DNA from: an uncultured Rivularia sp.
GTDB lineage: Bacteria; Cyanobacteriota; Cyanobacteriia; Cyanobacteriales; Nostocaceae
Length of the DNA: 64,000 nucleotides
Direction: 5' to 3'
Assembly: GCA_963665115.1 (NCBI GenBank)
Contig: OY762007.1
Location: forward strand, 7,648,001-7,712,000
Shown in pieces: positions 1 to 10,773 of this stretch. Made by a program: the position numbers and the translations under genes. How positions within the stretch are numbered: position 1 is the first letter of the stretch; each line of letters opens with the position of its first letter. The notes under the pieces were generated by a model. It was not told where the DNA came from and made no database searches. It saw only the letters and a list, made by a program, of their open reading frames with translations.

Positions 1-334
1 GAGTAAGTGTTCTATCAATTTCATTCCCAACTGCAACAGCGTTTACGACTGGATTATTCTCAAAACTACTTGATTGCGAATTAATTATTAAATCGTCGTT
101 TAAACTTCTCCTTACGGCTACTGGATTGGGGATATTTAATTCTCCATTAAAACTGGCGATCGCCGTTTGAGTTTCCGATTCTACTGGTTGCAAGGTTTCT
201 GAGATATTATCTTTTAAATAATTTTGTAAATCTATTGCATAATTCTGAAAGTCAACCCAAACATTTCCTATTTGAGCGATTGCTGGCATTGCTATTAATG
301 CAAGTGAAAGCGTTATTAAAATTGTTTTTTTCAT
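1..334 (-). CDS. Secreted hypothetical protein of the T4SS-like cluster (partial, runs off the window start)
   Basis: ATG at 334 reads MKKTILITLSLALIAMPAIAQIGNVWVDFQNYAIDLQNYL..., a signal peptide with an AIA-Q cleavage site. Frame is open to the window edge and co-oriented downstream of the VirB4-like gene. Not in the ORF track. Confidence 0.7.
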   Translation of the reverse strand, partial: MKKTILITLSLALIAMPAIAQIGNVWVDFQNYAIDLQNYLKDNISETLQPVESETQTAIASFNGELNIPNPVAVRRSLNDDLIINSQSSSFENNPVVNAVAVGNEIDRTLT

Positions 335-433
335 TGATAATTGGTAATTGGTAATTGATAATTGGTAATTGATAATTGGTAATTGATAATTGGTAATTGA
401 TAATTGGTAATTGATAATTGGTAATTGATAATT
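335..433. repeat. Heptamer short tandem repeat (STRR), TGATAAT/TGGTAAT units
   Basis: About 14 tandem 7-mers visible directly. Confidence 0.95.
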
Positions 434-435
434 TT

Positions 436-3186
436 TCACTGATTCTTCAAAGAAGCTACCAGTTGACGTGCAAATGCGGAAATTGCTTCATATTTATCTT
501 CATGACTTTCCATAAATTGATTTCTGGCTGTTTGCTCGTTGGGATTATTGGCTACCACTGCTAATTGCTCGTAACCGGGATAGTAGCGACAAAAGCTGTA
601 AATTCCGTTGTCGTCTAATAACCATTGACTGTAAACTCCTTCTTTTCGCGGGAAGAAACTTTCTGATGCATTTCTACTTATTATGTCGCGAGGATATTTT
701 AAAATGCTTTCAAAACTATCTACTGCAACTGGCTGAATTCTTCCTATTAATCTAGTAGTTAAATTTTGTAAAATCTTTGATGCTGCTTTGGATTTGGCTA
801 TGGTATCGGGGTCTTGGGCTGATAGAATAACTCTGATTCCTGCTTTGGCACCATTCGCGCAAATTCTGCCTACTAAATCGGCAATTTGGTCGAATTCAAA
901 TAAAATCGGCGCTTCATCGATGAAAAATATCGATGCTGGGCTACTCAAAGCTCTTCTCAATGCTGCCGAATATGCACTCAAAGATAATACCGCAGCATCT
1001 TCACTATCTGATAAATTCCTTAATGCAAATACTAAAAGTTGTGCATCGGTGGGAAAACTTGATGGCGCGGAAATTGCTTGTCCAACTCTACTGGATAACC
1101 AAAATCTCAACCGTAAATCAATCTGGCTCAATGCATCTTCTATTCTGCCACCCTGAGTTTCTAAATTTAAATGCTCTGGCGCACAAAATGTGAGAAAATC
1201 TTTTAAGGTGGGGGTTTTCTGCCAAGCTGTAGAACCAAATCCGTCATTTATCGCATCCTGATATCTCTTCCTAATTCCGTCATCGCTGAAGAATGCATTT
1301 AACGCTAAGTTAATTACAGAGCGCACTGTCTGAGTTAAAAGTTGACTTTCACTAGAAGAACCCAATATCATCGTCATCAAAGCTGACTCTAAGAAAGCAA
1401 CGTAATCTCCAAATCTATCTTTCTGCTCCTCATAACTCAAAGCCCTTAAATCTGGCTGTTCAAATAAATTGTTCGATTGTTTGGAAATATCGAAGTAAGC
1501 TCCCCAATCTTCCATAAATTCGGTGTAGTCGGTGAAGGTGGAAGTACCGTCTGGTTTGGGGAAATCCAAGGCTATTACGGGAATATTATGAGCCAAAGCT
1601 TGAGTCAATATTCCCGAAACCAATACCGATTTACCGGCGCGAGTCGTGGCGAATAAAGCTAAATTTTTATGCTGGTTAAATAAATCCAACTGTATCGGTG
1701 TTCCCCCTTCTTCGGCGATTAATTCAAAACCTCTGCCGTCACCTTCCCTAGTTTTTACTAAGGGAATTAAACCAGGCACCTCGTTAGTTAAATAAAGCTG
1801 ACGACGATTAAAAGGTTTTGCGAGTAAACCTTCCCAGACAATTGGTAGAGTTTGCAGCCAAATTTTCCAAGCATATTCGGTTTCTCTTATTACTTGCGCT
1901 GGGCGTTGAAAACTGTTTTCGATATATCTGGCAGCTTCATCCAATTTCTCAACGCTGTCGCGATGCACCAATATGACATTACTCGTGTAAATTGGTACGG
2001 CACCCTCATAAATCTGTTCTTGCGCCGCTACCGATTTTCTTAACTTTAACTGAGCGCCGACATCAATGGTTTTACTTTTCTCTTCTGCTAACCTTGCTGT
2101 CATATTAGATTGCTTCAAAACCCTTTGCAGAGTAGTTTTCACAATTGCCGGATTTGCCGCAGTCAACTGACAAAATATCTCCGTATCGACAACAGTTTCC
2201 CTGGCAATCAATTCCCAAAGGTAGCGTAATTGAGATGATTTATTTTGCCAGCCTCCGGGTTTTTCCAGAAAAGTCAACGCACCCACGTATCGATTGTTAA
2301 CGTTAACCCAACTTCTATCCGCACAGGGTACATCTTTTTCCATCAGCAAAGTTGTGCTGTGGAGATTATCAATTAACAACTTTGTACTGGCTAAGTCAGA
2401 ATAAACCTGCTCGTGCAATCCATTATCATCCAAAGTTACCAATTGAGGAATATCTATAGGTAAAGTATCGTTAAACCTGCGCCAAATTTCACCCCAAAGC
2501 TGATTTGCATTCATGGGCTTAATATCCAAACCCATCTTGTTAGATAAAATTTGCTCCCAACGACGAAAACCTTGTTTATAAGCGCTTCTAACTACAGTTT
2601 CGATCCGCTGATGCTGGCTAGCACTTAAATTACCTTTAAAATTAGACCACAATTTTTCACCCTTTACTAGCAGCCTTTCTATCCAATCTTCGGTATTGGT
2701 GCTATCAGGTTCGACGGTATAGGTAACGTAAATTTTTAAAAATTTAGGCTTGCGAATCCCGCTTTGAGTTAATTCTTTGACTCTAGCACGTTCCGCCATC
2801 AATAAATATTTGATATTTGGGGAAGCAGCTTGTTTAACTAAACTTGCTAATTCTTGCTGTCTTCGAGTTTCCGAAGTGAAGGAACCTAAATGAAACGTTA
2901 GCTTTTCACCACCAGGAATATCTTTTAAACCAGCTTCAATATTATTACAAATAGTATCAATTTGTTCCGGTCTTAAAGTCGTATGAATGCCCCGACAATC
3001 GAAACCGAAAACAAAACAAAAACTGTCTTTTTTATTAGCCTTATTTAAAATATAGCCACCAACATCTCGACCATCAAGAGATATCCTTAACATCGTCGCC
3101 AGATGTAAAGCATCCTCAAAAGGAGTTAATCGAACCGAACTACCTGCGACGTTTGCTACGCTTTTTTTGCCGATTTTTGGCTTCAT
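436..3186 (-). CDS. VirB4-like type IV secretion/conjugation ATPase (cyanobacterial MPF_C-type)
   Basis: 916 aa; Walker A variant ATTRAGKS, Walker B FFIDEAP, downstream GAKAGIRVILSAQ motif; preceded by small membrane-protein genes. Confidence 0.8.
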   Translation of the reverse strand: MKPKIGKKSVANVAGSSVRLTPFEDALHLATMLRISLDGRDVGGYILNKANKKDSFCFVFGFDCRGIHTTLRPEQIDTICNNIEAGLKDIPGGEKLTFHLGSFTSETRRQQELASLVKQAASPNIKYLLMAERARVKELTQSGIRKPKFLKIYVTYTVEPDSTNTEDWIERLLVKGEKLWSNFKGNLSASQHQRIETVVRSAYKQGFRRWEQILSNKMGLDIKPMNANQLWGEIWRRFNDTLPIDIPQLVTLDDNGLHEQVYSDLASTKLLIDNLHSTTLLMEKDVPCADRSWVNVNNRYVGALTFLEKPGGWQNKSSQLRYLWELIARETVVDTEIFCQLTAANPAIVKTTLQRVLKQSNMTARLAEEKSKTIDVGAQLKLRKSVAAQEQIYEGAVPIYTSNVILVHRDSVEKLDEAARYIENSFQRPAQVIRETEYAWKIWLQTLPIVWEGLLAKPFNRRQLYLTNEVPGLIPLVKTREGDGRGFELIAEEGGTPIQLDLFNQHKNLALFATTRAGKSVLVSGILTQALAHNIPVIALDFPKPDGTSTFTDYTEFMEDWGAYFDISKQSNNLFEQPDLRALSYEEQKDRFGDYVAFLESALMTMILGSSSESQLLTQTVRSVINLALNAFFSDDGIRKRYQDAINDGFGSTAWQKTPTLKDFLTFCAPEHLNLETQGGRIEDALSQIDLRLRFWLSSRVGQAISAPSSFPTDAQLLVFALRNLSDSEDAAVLSLSAYSAALRRALSSPASIFFIDEAPILFEFDQIADLVGRICANGAKAGIRVILSAQDPDTIAKSKAASKILQNLTTRLIGRIQPVAVDSFESILKYPRDIISRNASESFFPRKEGVYSQWLLDDNGIYSFCRYYPGYEQLAVVANNPNEQTARNQFMESHEDKYEAISAFARQLVASLKNQ

Positions 3187-3500
3187 GGGTTACTTCTAAA
3201 AAGCTTTGATAACGTGCAATTCCCCTCGTCCACCTGGGGACACCAATAAACTTGCTTAAAAAGCGCCAACTTCTACCACCCGTTAATATCCACCAAGTCC
3301 CCATTCCCCAACCAGCAATTAAAACTGTCCACAACCACTTTTGAAAATCATCATCAAAAAAACCACCAAAAATTCCATTCACAATAAAGTAAGCAGCCAA
3401 AGCAATTACCGTCCAAGGAAATATTTGGTCTGCTGGAAGTGGTCCCTAATGAAGGTTGTGTTCCTAAAATTTGATTTACTGGTCTAAAGTCTTTATCCAT
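3140..3500 (-). CDS. VirB3/PrgI-like small membrane protein (frameshift at ~3445)
   Basis: ATG at 3500 gives MDKDFRPVNQILGTQPSLG; removing one G at 3444-3446 continues PLPADQIFPWTVIALAAYFIVNG... Two TM segments; overlaps the virB4-like start. Confidence 0.65.
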
Positions 3501-3650
3501 AAATCAATTATCAATTATCAACGATCAATTATCAATTATCAATTATACTTACATATTGCTCGGTGATAATTATTCACTGTTCCCTGTTCTTGAATTTAAA
3601 GTTATCAGTAGTATTCATTGATAATTGTTCATTGTTCATTGATAATTGAC

Positions 3651-4280
3651 CTAACTGCCAATAATAAATCCAGTTAATACATCGGCAACTATGACGGCGA
3701 TAACTACTAATAAAGGAGTTCTAACAATACTTTGCCAATCTTCGTCTTTACGAACTGCATTCACTACACTAATTAAAGAAATCGCAATGTAAAGTAGGAA
3801 AAGCGCCCGTAAAACGTTAAATACTAAACTGACAGCGGTATTAGTACCCGAATCATTGGAACCTTCAGTTAAAGTATTTTTGAAAAAATCTTCAGCTTTA
3901 CCGAAAAATTGCGCTTGCGCTGGCGCTGCAAAATAATCCAACCAAAACACTGTCAGAAGAAGTGCGATCGCCAAAATTTGCAGTCCGATCGTTTGACGTT
4001 TTGGTAAATTAAACCGCCAAGAAATTTGCTGTATTGTCACAGCAATTAAACTGCCGAAAATCAAGCAAAACAATAATATTGGACTGTGTAAACTGATAAC
4101 GCTTAAAAAAACCGCCCAGGTAATTAAAAATGGTACGGATTCTGTTAAAATAGCGCGGCAATTCTTAGCTACCCCAAACAGGTTATAAGACGCTTTTCTT
4201 AACTTGTTAACTAAAGCTTTGAAAAAACGTTTTGCGAGCAAAAAAATAATTGCACCCATTTGCTTTATTCCCGTCAACAT
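3651..4280 (-). CDS. Membrane protein with C-terminal VirB2/TrbC pilin-like region
   Basis: APAQAQ processing-like motif followed by two hydrophobic helices; first gene of the virB3/virB4-like cluster. Start codon uncertain. Confidence 0.55.
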   Translation of the reverse strand: MLTGIKQMGAIIFLLAKRFFKALVNKLRKASYNLFGVAKNCRAILTESVPFLITWAVFLSVISLHSPILLFCLIFGSLIAVTIQQISWRFNLPKRQTIGLQILAIALLLTVFWLDYFAAPAQAQFFGKAEDFFKNTLTEGSNDSGTNTAVSLVFNVLRALFLLYIAISLISVVNAVRKDEDWQSIVRTPLLVVIAVIVADVLTGFIIGS

Positions 4281-4709
4281 TATTTAACAGATTTATCTTA
4301 AACTGCATTCAGCAAAGATTTAATTCATCGCTATCTCAATTTAACACCAATTTGCCTAATTTTTCATCATCAACTTTAAAATGCTTATGTCTTAAAGTTC
4401 TGATTCTTCATTGTTCAACTATACAAAAAATGATCGTAGAAGTATTCAAAGTACTGCTATGCAAATAAATCCAGATATTTGACCCTACAAGTTTTCGCTT
4501 TTTTTCTCGTCAAACCCACGTCAAAAAGTACTCAGCATGATTTCTAACTAATAATTTGGCATTCGGGGTACTGAAGATGGCAAAATTATTTAATCAAATT
4601 ATACTACAAACTTTTTAAACCTGATTTACAACAACAAATTAGTAATAAGGTGTTGACAGAAAACTCATTATATGTAATCAAATCCATCTATTGTTTAAAG
4701 TATTAAGAT

Positions 4710-5786
4710 TTATAGATTTTCTTCAACAACAACAGGTTCGATTTTGAAAACTTCTGCACTCTTAGGATCGACAGTCACACGAATCCAATTAACTTCATCA
4801 GCGCCAAAAGTTTGAACGCGAGTAAAGTTGTTAATACCAGGTAATGGTCGATCTAGCAAATAAAAGTGAAAATCCCCATGAGCCAAAATTACAGGTCGTC
4901 CAAATTCTTGAACTTTTTCTGACAGTAGCTTCAGAAAACGATTGAAACCTGCCCGTTCTGGGTCGTCTTGTGCTAAATCGAATCTAGGATTAGCATGAAT
5001 CATAATAAAAATGCCGGGACTGTCAGCTTTCTCGGCAGCATCAAAAGTTGTTTCTAACCAGTTCACGGCAGCAGCTAAACGCTTGACAAATTCACCAGTA
5101 CGTTGTTCGCAAAGGACTCTATTACTAGCTGTTTCGCCTGCACACTCTTCTGGAGAAGTAGCTAGAACACCGTCTGTGTCTGTCTCACCAATACCCGACC
5201 AAAGTGCTAAATTATTATTGCTACCTACTACATGAATTGTGGAGAAAACGACTCTTTTCTGAATCCAGAGTTGATTTTCAACATAGTCTTCATAGCCTTT
5301 TAGCTTTGCTTGAGTCAGCACGCGCTCCATTCTACCAATAGTTGAGAAACCAGGTCTGGGATAGAAGATTTCTCGTAATTTTTCGAGTCGCTCGATGGGA
5401 TTATACTGACCGGCAGCAGTGCGATGACAGTCAGTCCATTCGTTATCCCCAAGAGTCAAAATAAAAGGCAATCTAAACTTCTGATATTGCTCAAGTCGTG
5501 CTTGAAAACGCTCATTAGAACATTCACTACTGCCAGCTTTAATATCACCAGCATGGAGGACAAAGCTTAGTTTTCTTTCTGCATTAACATCTTCAATTAA
5601 ATTATCAAATTTGCCAATATTATTGTCGCCATAAGGAACATCTCCGATTAGAGCAAATTCAAACTTCCCTCTACGTCTGACACGATTTTCTCCAGCAGTA
5701 GAATTTTTAATAAGTGTGAATGAACCTAATAAACTGAAAATAACTAAAATAGGTAAAAAAACAATTCTTAGCTTGCTTGAATACAT
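4710..5786 (-). CDS. Secreted calcineurin-like metallophosphoesterase
   Basis: Motifs IGDVPY, HAGD, GDNEW, HGDFH; signal peptide from the ATG at 5786 (MYSSKLRIVFLPILVIF). Confidence 0.8.
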   Translation of the reverse strand: MYSSKLRIVFLPILVIFSLLGSFTLIKNSTAGENRVRRRGKFEFALIGDVPYGDNNIGKFDNLIEDVNAERKLSFVLHAGDIKAGSSECSNERFQARLEQYQKFRLPFILTLGDNEWTDCHRTAAGQYNPIERLEKLREIFYPRPGFSTIGRMERVLTQAKLKGYEDYVENQLWIQKRVVFSTIHVVGSNNNLALWSGIGETDTDGVLATSPEECAGETASNRVLCEQRTGEFVKRLAAAVNWLETTFDAAEKADSPGIFIMIHANPRFDLAQDDPERAGFNRFLKLLSEKVQEFGRPVILAHGDFHFYLLDRPLPGINNFTRVQTFGADEVNWIRVTVDPKSAEVFKIEPVVVEENL

Positions 5787-6029
5787 TGTTAAAACTCGCT
5801 CCCAATCAAGAAGTGGCCGGTAGAAATAAATAAAACACGAAACAAAGTACAAATTTACTTAGAAGCTTTTTCCGGCTTTTCTATTGTTTGATCGCTACGA
5901 TTATTTTCAACTTGGTTTACTTATCTTTTCAAAATAAAAAATAATTAAGGGATATTGCTATACAAGCCCCATATATTGTTGCATTTATAACTTTGTTGTT
6001 TTAAAGACTATCAACTTTAGTTTAATTAT

Positions 6030-6059
6030 TTGTTTAGGAAAGGTTAATGTAAGATTAAA
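6030..6059 (-). promoter_or_regulatory. Putative SphR (PhoB) Pho box array
   Basis: Minus strand reads TTTAATCT-tac-ATTAACCT-ttc-CTAAACAA: 8-mers at an 11-bp period matching the cyanobacterial CTTAACCT consensus, between two phosphatase genes. Confidence 0.65.
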
Positions 6060-6160
6060 TAATATCAATACTGTTTGCGATCGAGACAAACAGTTGTTAA
6101 AAGTTTCATCATACGGTCAATCGTAAAATTGTCAACGGTCTACTAAAATAAAATCAGCGA

Positions 6161-6212
6161 TAGTTAACAAAACAATAATCTTAGGTTAAGAAAAAAGGGT
6201 TGTAAAGTTAAG
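6161..6212 (-). promoter_or_regulatory. Second putative Pho box array
   Basis: CTTAACTT (6205-6212), perfect CTTAACCT (6183-6190) and GTTAACTA (6161-6168) on the minus strand at 22-bp spacing. Confidence 0.5.
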
Positions 6213-6475
6213 GATGCATTATCATATACGATAAAACATGGCTTTCAGAAATTACAAAAAAAATTTGTATTACAAAAATTAAATTTCACTCTTTGAATAA
6301 AATTAGACTCAAATAAAAACACAAAATAAGTTGAATAAAAAATTGATTTAGTAGTAATCTGATAAACAGATAAAACAAAATGTGTTTGTTTTAGAGAAGA
6401 TTAAATTCCAGTTAAATTAATAGTTTTGACAACTAAAGAACTACGTGAAATCCTGTACGGAATCGGGGAAGAATT

Positions 6476-7924
6476 ATGCATTTATCACGACGGAAATTTT
6501 TTACCTTGGCAGCAACCAGTGCTGCTGGAACGGCACTATTGTCACCTTTAGAAGCTTTTTATGCTAGAGCTGCTCGCGGACAATCGGTTAAAGGAAAGGG
6601 CTATGGTTCGCTGCAACCTCAATTACCACAGAACGTCAGAGAATTGCCAGGGGAATATCAGAAGCCTTTGATTGCGCTTCCCCCACAATTTCAATACACT
6701 GCCTTTTCGATTAAAGGTCAGTCAATGACTGACGGCAATTTGGTTCCCGGCGATCACGATGGGATGGAGGCTTTTCCAGGACCGGGAGGATTAGTATATT
6801 TAGTCCGCAACCACGAACTTAGCCCGAATGAAGACGAGTTTCCCACAGTTGTACCCGCAGGATATGGTTACGATCCTTTTGCTAACGGCGGTACTACAAC
6901 CCTAGTTATCGGACGCGATCGCCGACTAATTAAAGATATGGTTTCCTTGGGTGGTACCTATCGTAACTGTTCTGGCGGACCAACTCCTTGGAATACCTAT
7001 ATTACTTGCGAAGAAAATACCTCTAAGCCAGGGGATGTAGAACCTGAAGCTGTATCAGGAGATGATACCGATGGTGTGAATAGCGTCAGGCTTCCGGACC
7101 AAGATATAGTTTCCGTAGCTCACGGTTACAACTTTGAAGTAGACCCGAAAAAAGGTTTAGTTAAAGCCGAACCAATCAAAGCGATGGGTCGTTTTAACCA
7201 CGAGGCGATCGCCGTTGACTCTAGAACAGGTATTGTTTATCAGACTGAAGATAGAGGCGATAGCGTCTTTTACCGCTATGTTCCCAACGAACCAGGTAAT
7301 TTACTTGCTGGTGGTTCGCTTGAAGCTCTGGGAATTCAAGGAAAACCGGGAATCGAAACCGCTGTTGGTTTTCCGCTAAACACTCCATTTCCCGTGGTAT
7401 GGATTCCGCTTGAGGATGTAGAATCTCCTGAAGACGATCTTCGCAAACAAGCTGCCGACAAAGGAGCAGCAATATTTACTCGTGGAGAAGGAATGACTTT
7501 CGATCCTGTAAATGGGGAAGTATTTTTCTGCTGTACGAATGGTGGTGAAAAAAAACTCGGTCAGATTTGGCGCTACGTCCCTGATGAAACTAATGAAACT
7601 GGTGGTACCATCGAACTCTTCGTTGAACCTAACGACCAAGAACTGTTAGATGCGCCCGATAACATTACCGTGTCTCCTTTCGGAGATTTATTCACCTGCG
7701 AAGATGGCTCAGGAACTGACCGGCTCGTTGGTATTACTCCCGACGGGTTGCTCTACGAATTTATTCAGAACAACATAAACAATAATGAGCTTGCTGGTGT
7801 AACTTTCTCCCCAGACGGTCAGACAATGTTTTTCAATATCCAAGACCCCGGTATTACCTTTGCTGTTTGGGGTCCGTGGCAGAAAGTAGCTCAACTAAGT
7901 AGGCATAGAGCTAGGCTTGGTTAA
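6476..7924 (+). CDS. phoX: PhoX-family alkaline phosphatase (DUF839), Tat-exported
   Basis: SRRKFF Tat signal; RNHE, NCSGG.TPW...TCEE, GRFNHEA, RGEG, PDNI, CEDG and ELAG motifs. Confidence 0.9.
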   Translation: MHLSRRKFFTLAATSAAGTALLSPLEAFYARAARGQSVKGKGYGSLQPQLPQNVRELPGEYQKPLIALPPQFQYTAFSIKGQSMTDGNLVPGDHDGMEAFPGPGGLVYLVRNHELSPNEDEFPTVVPAGYGYDPFANGGTTTLVIGRDRRLIKDMVSLGGTYRNCSGGPTPWNTYITCEENTSKPGDVEPEAVSGDDTDGVNSVRLPDQDIVSVAHGYNFEVDPKKGLVKAEPIKAMGRFNHEAIAVDSRTGIVYQTEDRGDSVFYRYVPNEPGNLLAGGSLEALGIQGKPGIETAVGFPLNTPFPVVWIPLEDVESPEDDLRKQAADKGAAIFTRGEGMTFDPVNGEVFFCCTNGGEKKLGQIWRYVPDETNETGGTIELFVEPNDQELLDAPDNITVSPFGDLFTCEDGSGTDRLVGITPDGLLYEFIQNNINNNELAGVTFSPDGQTMFFNIQDPGITFAVWGPWQKVAQLSRHRARLG

Positions 7925-8083
7925 TTCTTAAATCTTTGTGATGTTTGAAGTCGGGATAATCTTTCCATTAACGCGCCCTTATGTGGGTTATGGAATTTTA
8001 TTTCCCTGTTTTTTGATCTTAAAAGCGGTACCCCTATAGGGAGTCGCGTGCGGCTATTGCATTAATTTTGTAAGGATACAATT

Positions 8084-9076
8084 ATGGATTTCATGGATTT
8101 TTGGAATGATTTCGTCGCTTATGTCAGGAACTCTTTTAACGATGCTTTAGACGATTATCAACAGACTATAGACAATCAAATGGATGATGTCGGCGATAAT
8201 CCTACCGAAGCTGACGAAAGTACCAATCCTATGGATGGCATAGGAGATGAAGTTAATAGCGACGACAATCAAACGGATAATGTCGGCAATAACCTCAGCT
8301 CCGGTAATGAAGATACCAATAATCTTATAGGTGGTTTGGGAGACGACTTGCTTGAAGGTGACGAAGGTGACAATTTCCTCGACGGTGGTATTGGCAACGA
8401 TGTCCTTAATGGCGGTGATGGTGACGATTTCCTTCTCGGTGGATCTGGCTTTGGCGGTGACGGTAACGACAACCTAAATGGCGGTAATGGAAATGACGAG
8501 CTTTTAGGCGAAGCTGGTAATGACGTTCTCAATGGTGACAGCGGAGAAGACATCCTCAACGGTGGTGAGGGTAACGATAACCTAAATGGTGGTTCAGGCG
8601 ACGACCAACTCAGCGGCTTATTTGGCTCGGATATCCTCAACGGTGAAGAAGGTGAGGATCTCCTCAATGGTGGTGAGGGTGACGATATCCTTAATGGTGG
8701 TGAAGACGCTGATAACCTGTTTGGTAATGCGGGTAATGACATCCTCAACGGTGGTGAAGGTGATGATTTGCTCGCCGGTGGTTTGGGTACCGATATCTTA
8801 ACTGGTGGTGAAGGAAGCGATCGCTTTGTGATCTCACCCGAAGAAGGAACTGACACTATCCTTGACTTTGTAAAAGGTGAGGATTCCTTGGTTTTAACTC
8901 AATTTATCGAAAATTTTGAATTTGACCAACTTGAAATTACTGGTTCGGCTGATGGTAGTGGTAGTACAATCTCGATTACTAGCACTGGCGAACAGTTAGC
9001 TTCTCTCATTGGAGTTGAGGCAAGCGAACTCGAAGTGGGAGATTTTGAGATTACAAATCAACTTATGCTTGGTTGA
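8084..9076 (+). CDS. RTX/hemolysin-type calcium-binding repeat protein
   Basis: Many GGxGxDxLx nonapeptides and a C-terminal D.ILDF..GED motif. Confidence 0.9.
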   Translation: MDFMDFWNDFVAYVRNSFNDALDDYQQTIDNQMDDVGDNPTEADESTNPMDGIGDEVNSDDNQTDNVGNNLSSGNEDTNNLIGGLGDDLLEGDEGDNFLDGGIGNDVLNGGDGDDFLLGGSGFGGDGNDNLNGGNGNDELLGEAGNDVLNGDSGEDILNGGEGNDNLNGGSGDDQLSGLFGSDILNGEEGEDLLNGGEGDDILNGGEDADNLFGNAGNDILNGGEGDDLLAGGLGTDILTGGEGSDRFVISPEEGTDTILDFVKGEDSLVLTQFIENFEFDQLEITGSADGSGSTISITSTGEQLASLIGVEASELEVGDFEITNQLMLG

Positions 9077-9164
9077 TTGAGGAAGCAAGAACTGTCGTTT
9101 TGCTCTAAGGGGCTTCTTCTGACGTTTTTTCAATAGTAAATAAGCGGCAGGGGTAAAATAAAGC

Positions 9165-10637
9165 GCGGTTTCTCTGCTTGATGCCGAACTTGGGCCGCTT
9201 TCACATGATGAAATTGTCAAAAAACTTGTCACGCATCAGCCGCAAGTTCTTTTAATCGGTCACTCTGGCTCGACATCGGCACACCCGATTGTCGTCGAAT
9301 TAACTCGCCGCTTCCGTGCTGAGTTACCAGATACAAAGATTATTTATGGTGGTGTATTCCCGACTTATCATTTCCGCGACATTCTCGCTCATGAACCGCA
9401 AATAGATGTAATAGTTCGCGGTGAAGGTGAAGCTACCGTACCTAAACTTATAGCTGCGATTGAAAGCGGCGTTAAGCGAAGCTCTACCGAAGGTAATCGC
9501 CTTATTAATGTAGAGGGTATTGCATTTCGTTGCGATGGTGAAATAGTCGAAACACCTCCAGCCACTATGATCCAAGACCTAGATGTTTACCGCGTCGGTT
9601 GGGAATTAATCGACCATAAACGGTATAGTTACTACGGTGGCAAGCGAGCCGTTGTAATGCAGTTCTCTCGTGGATGTCCGCATCTGTGTAATTACTGCGG
9701 GCAGCGCGGTTTCTGGGCACGTTGGCGACATCGCAATCCGCAAAAATTTGCCAAGGAAATTGCTTGGCTACATCGCACTCACGGTGTGGAACTAATTAAC
9801 TTAGCCGATGAAAATCCTACAGTAAATAAAGCTATTTGGCGCGAACTGTGCGAAGCGATTATTGCCGAGAATATTAACATAACTATTATCGGCTCAACCC
9901 GTGCGGATGATATTGTCCGAGATGCGGATATTCTGCACCTTTATCGCAAGGCTGGTATTGAGCGGTTTTTAATGGGTATGGAAAACACCGACGAAGCTAC
10001 GCTGAAAAAAATTCGTAAAGGTGGTGCGACAAAAACCGATCGCGAAGCCATCCGTTTGCTGCGACAGCATGGCATTCTTTCATTGGCTACATGGGTAACT
10101 GACTTTGAAGAAGTTACCGATTGGGATTTTGTACGCTCCCTACGACAGTTGCTTTTGTACGATCCAGACCAGATAATGACTTTGTATGTCACGCCTCATA
10201 GATGGACTGGTTATTATAGCATTGCATCCGAACGGCGCGTTATCCAACTCGACCAGCGTTTATGGGATTATAAACATCAGGTTCTTGAGACAGTTAATAT
10301 GCCACCTTGGCGTATTTTTCTATGGGTGAAATTTATTGAAATTATACTGCAAGCTCGACCTAAAGCATTATGGCGAGCATTTTTGCAACCAGATAGCGCT
10401 GCTCGTCACGGTATGCGCTGGTTTACCCATATGGGAAAGCGCGTTTTATTACATGAGTGGTGGAACTTTTGGTTTAGCGATCGCCGAATCAAAAACGGGC
10501 CGAAATTAAAACAATTCTGGGGAGAGTCGCAGGAAGATCGGGAAATTCCTTTAAGTATTCTGCCTCGGCATAAACCCACAAAAAATGTTGAAATACAACT
10601 TAAAACGAAAACCACTCCATCTTTTTCAAGCGAGTAA
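9165..10637 (+). pseudogene. bchE: 3' part of a BchE-like B12-binding radical SAM enzyme (anaerobic Mg-protoporphyrin IX monomethyl ester cyclase family), 5'-truncated
   Basis: Frame opens after TAA at 9159 with no start: AVSLLDAELGPL...GHSGSTSAHP...YGGVFPTYH...RGEGE, then the CPHLCNYC radical SAM motif. About 40 N-terminal residues are missing here; see 61934-62029. Confidence 0.85.
9472..9495 (+). repeat. 24-nt small dispersed repeat inserted in a HIP1 site, in frame within bchE
   Basis: GCG|ttaagcgaagctctaccgaaggta|ATCGC; removing the insert restores GCGATCGC and the frame. Confidence 0.75.
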
Positions 10638-10773
10638 TGACAAACAGCAATCTTCAAAAATGACTCGAACAAGCCAGCTACGAAGCTTATATATGGGGAT
10701 GTAGAGACGTAAAATTTTACGTCTCCCAACGTTCCGAAGAAAACAAACCAATCAAAATTGATCGGATAGACAA

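Noticed and set aside
8269..8856. 195-aa Ser/Pro-rich minus-strand ORF
   Set aside because: Antisense shadow of the RTX repeats
9108..9170. Precise recombination site restoring bchE (GGGGCTTCT, GGGGT or CGCGGT shared with the 5' fragment)
   Set aside because: Crossover at each gives a stop or the wrong frame and does not supply the missing residues
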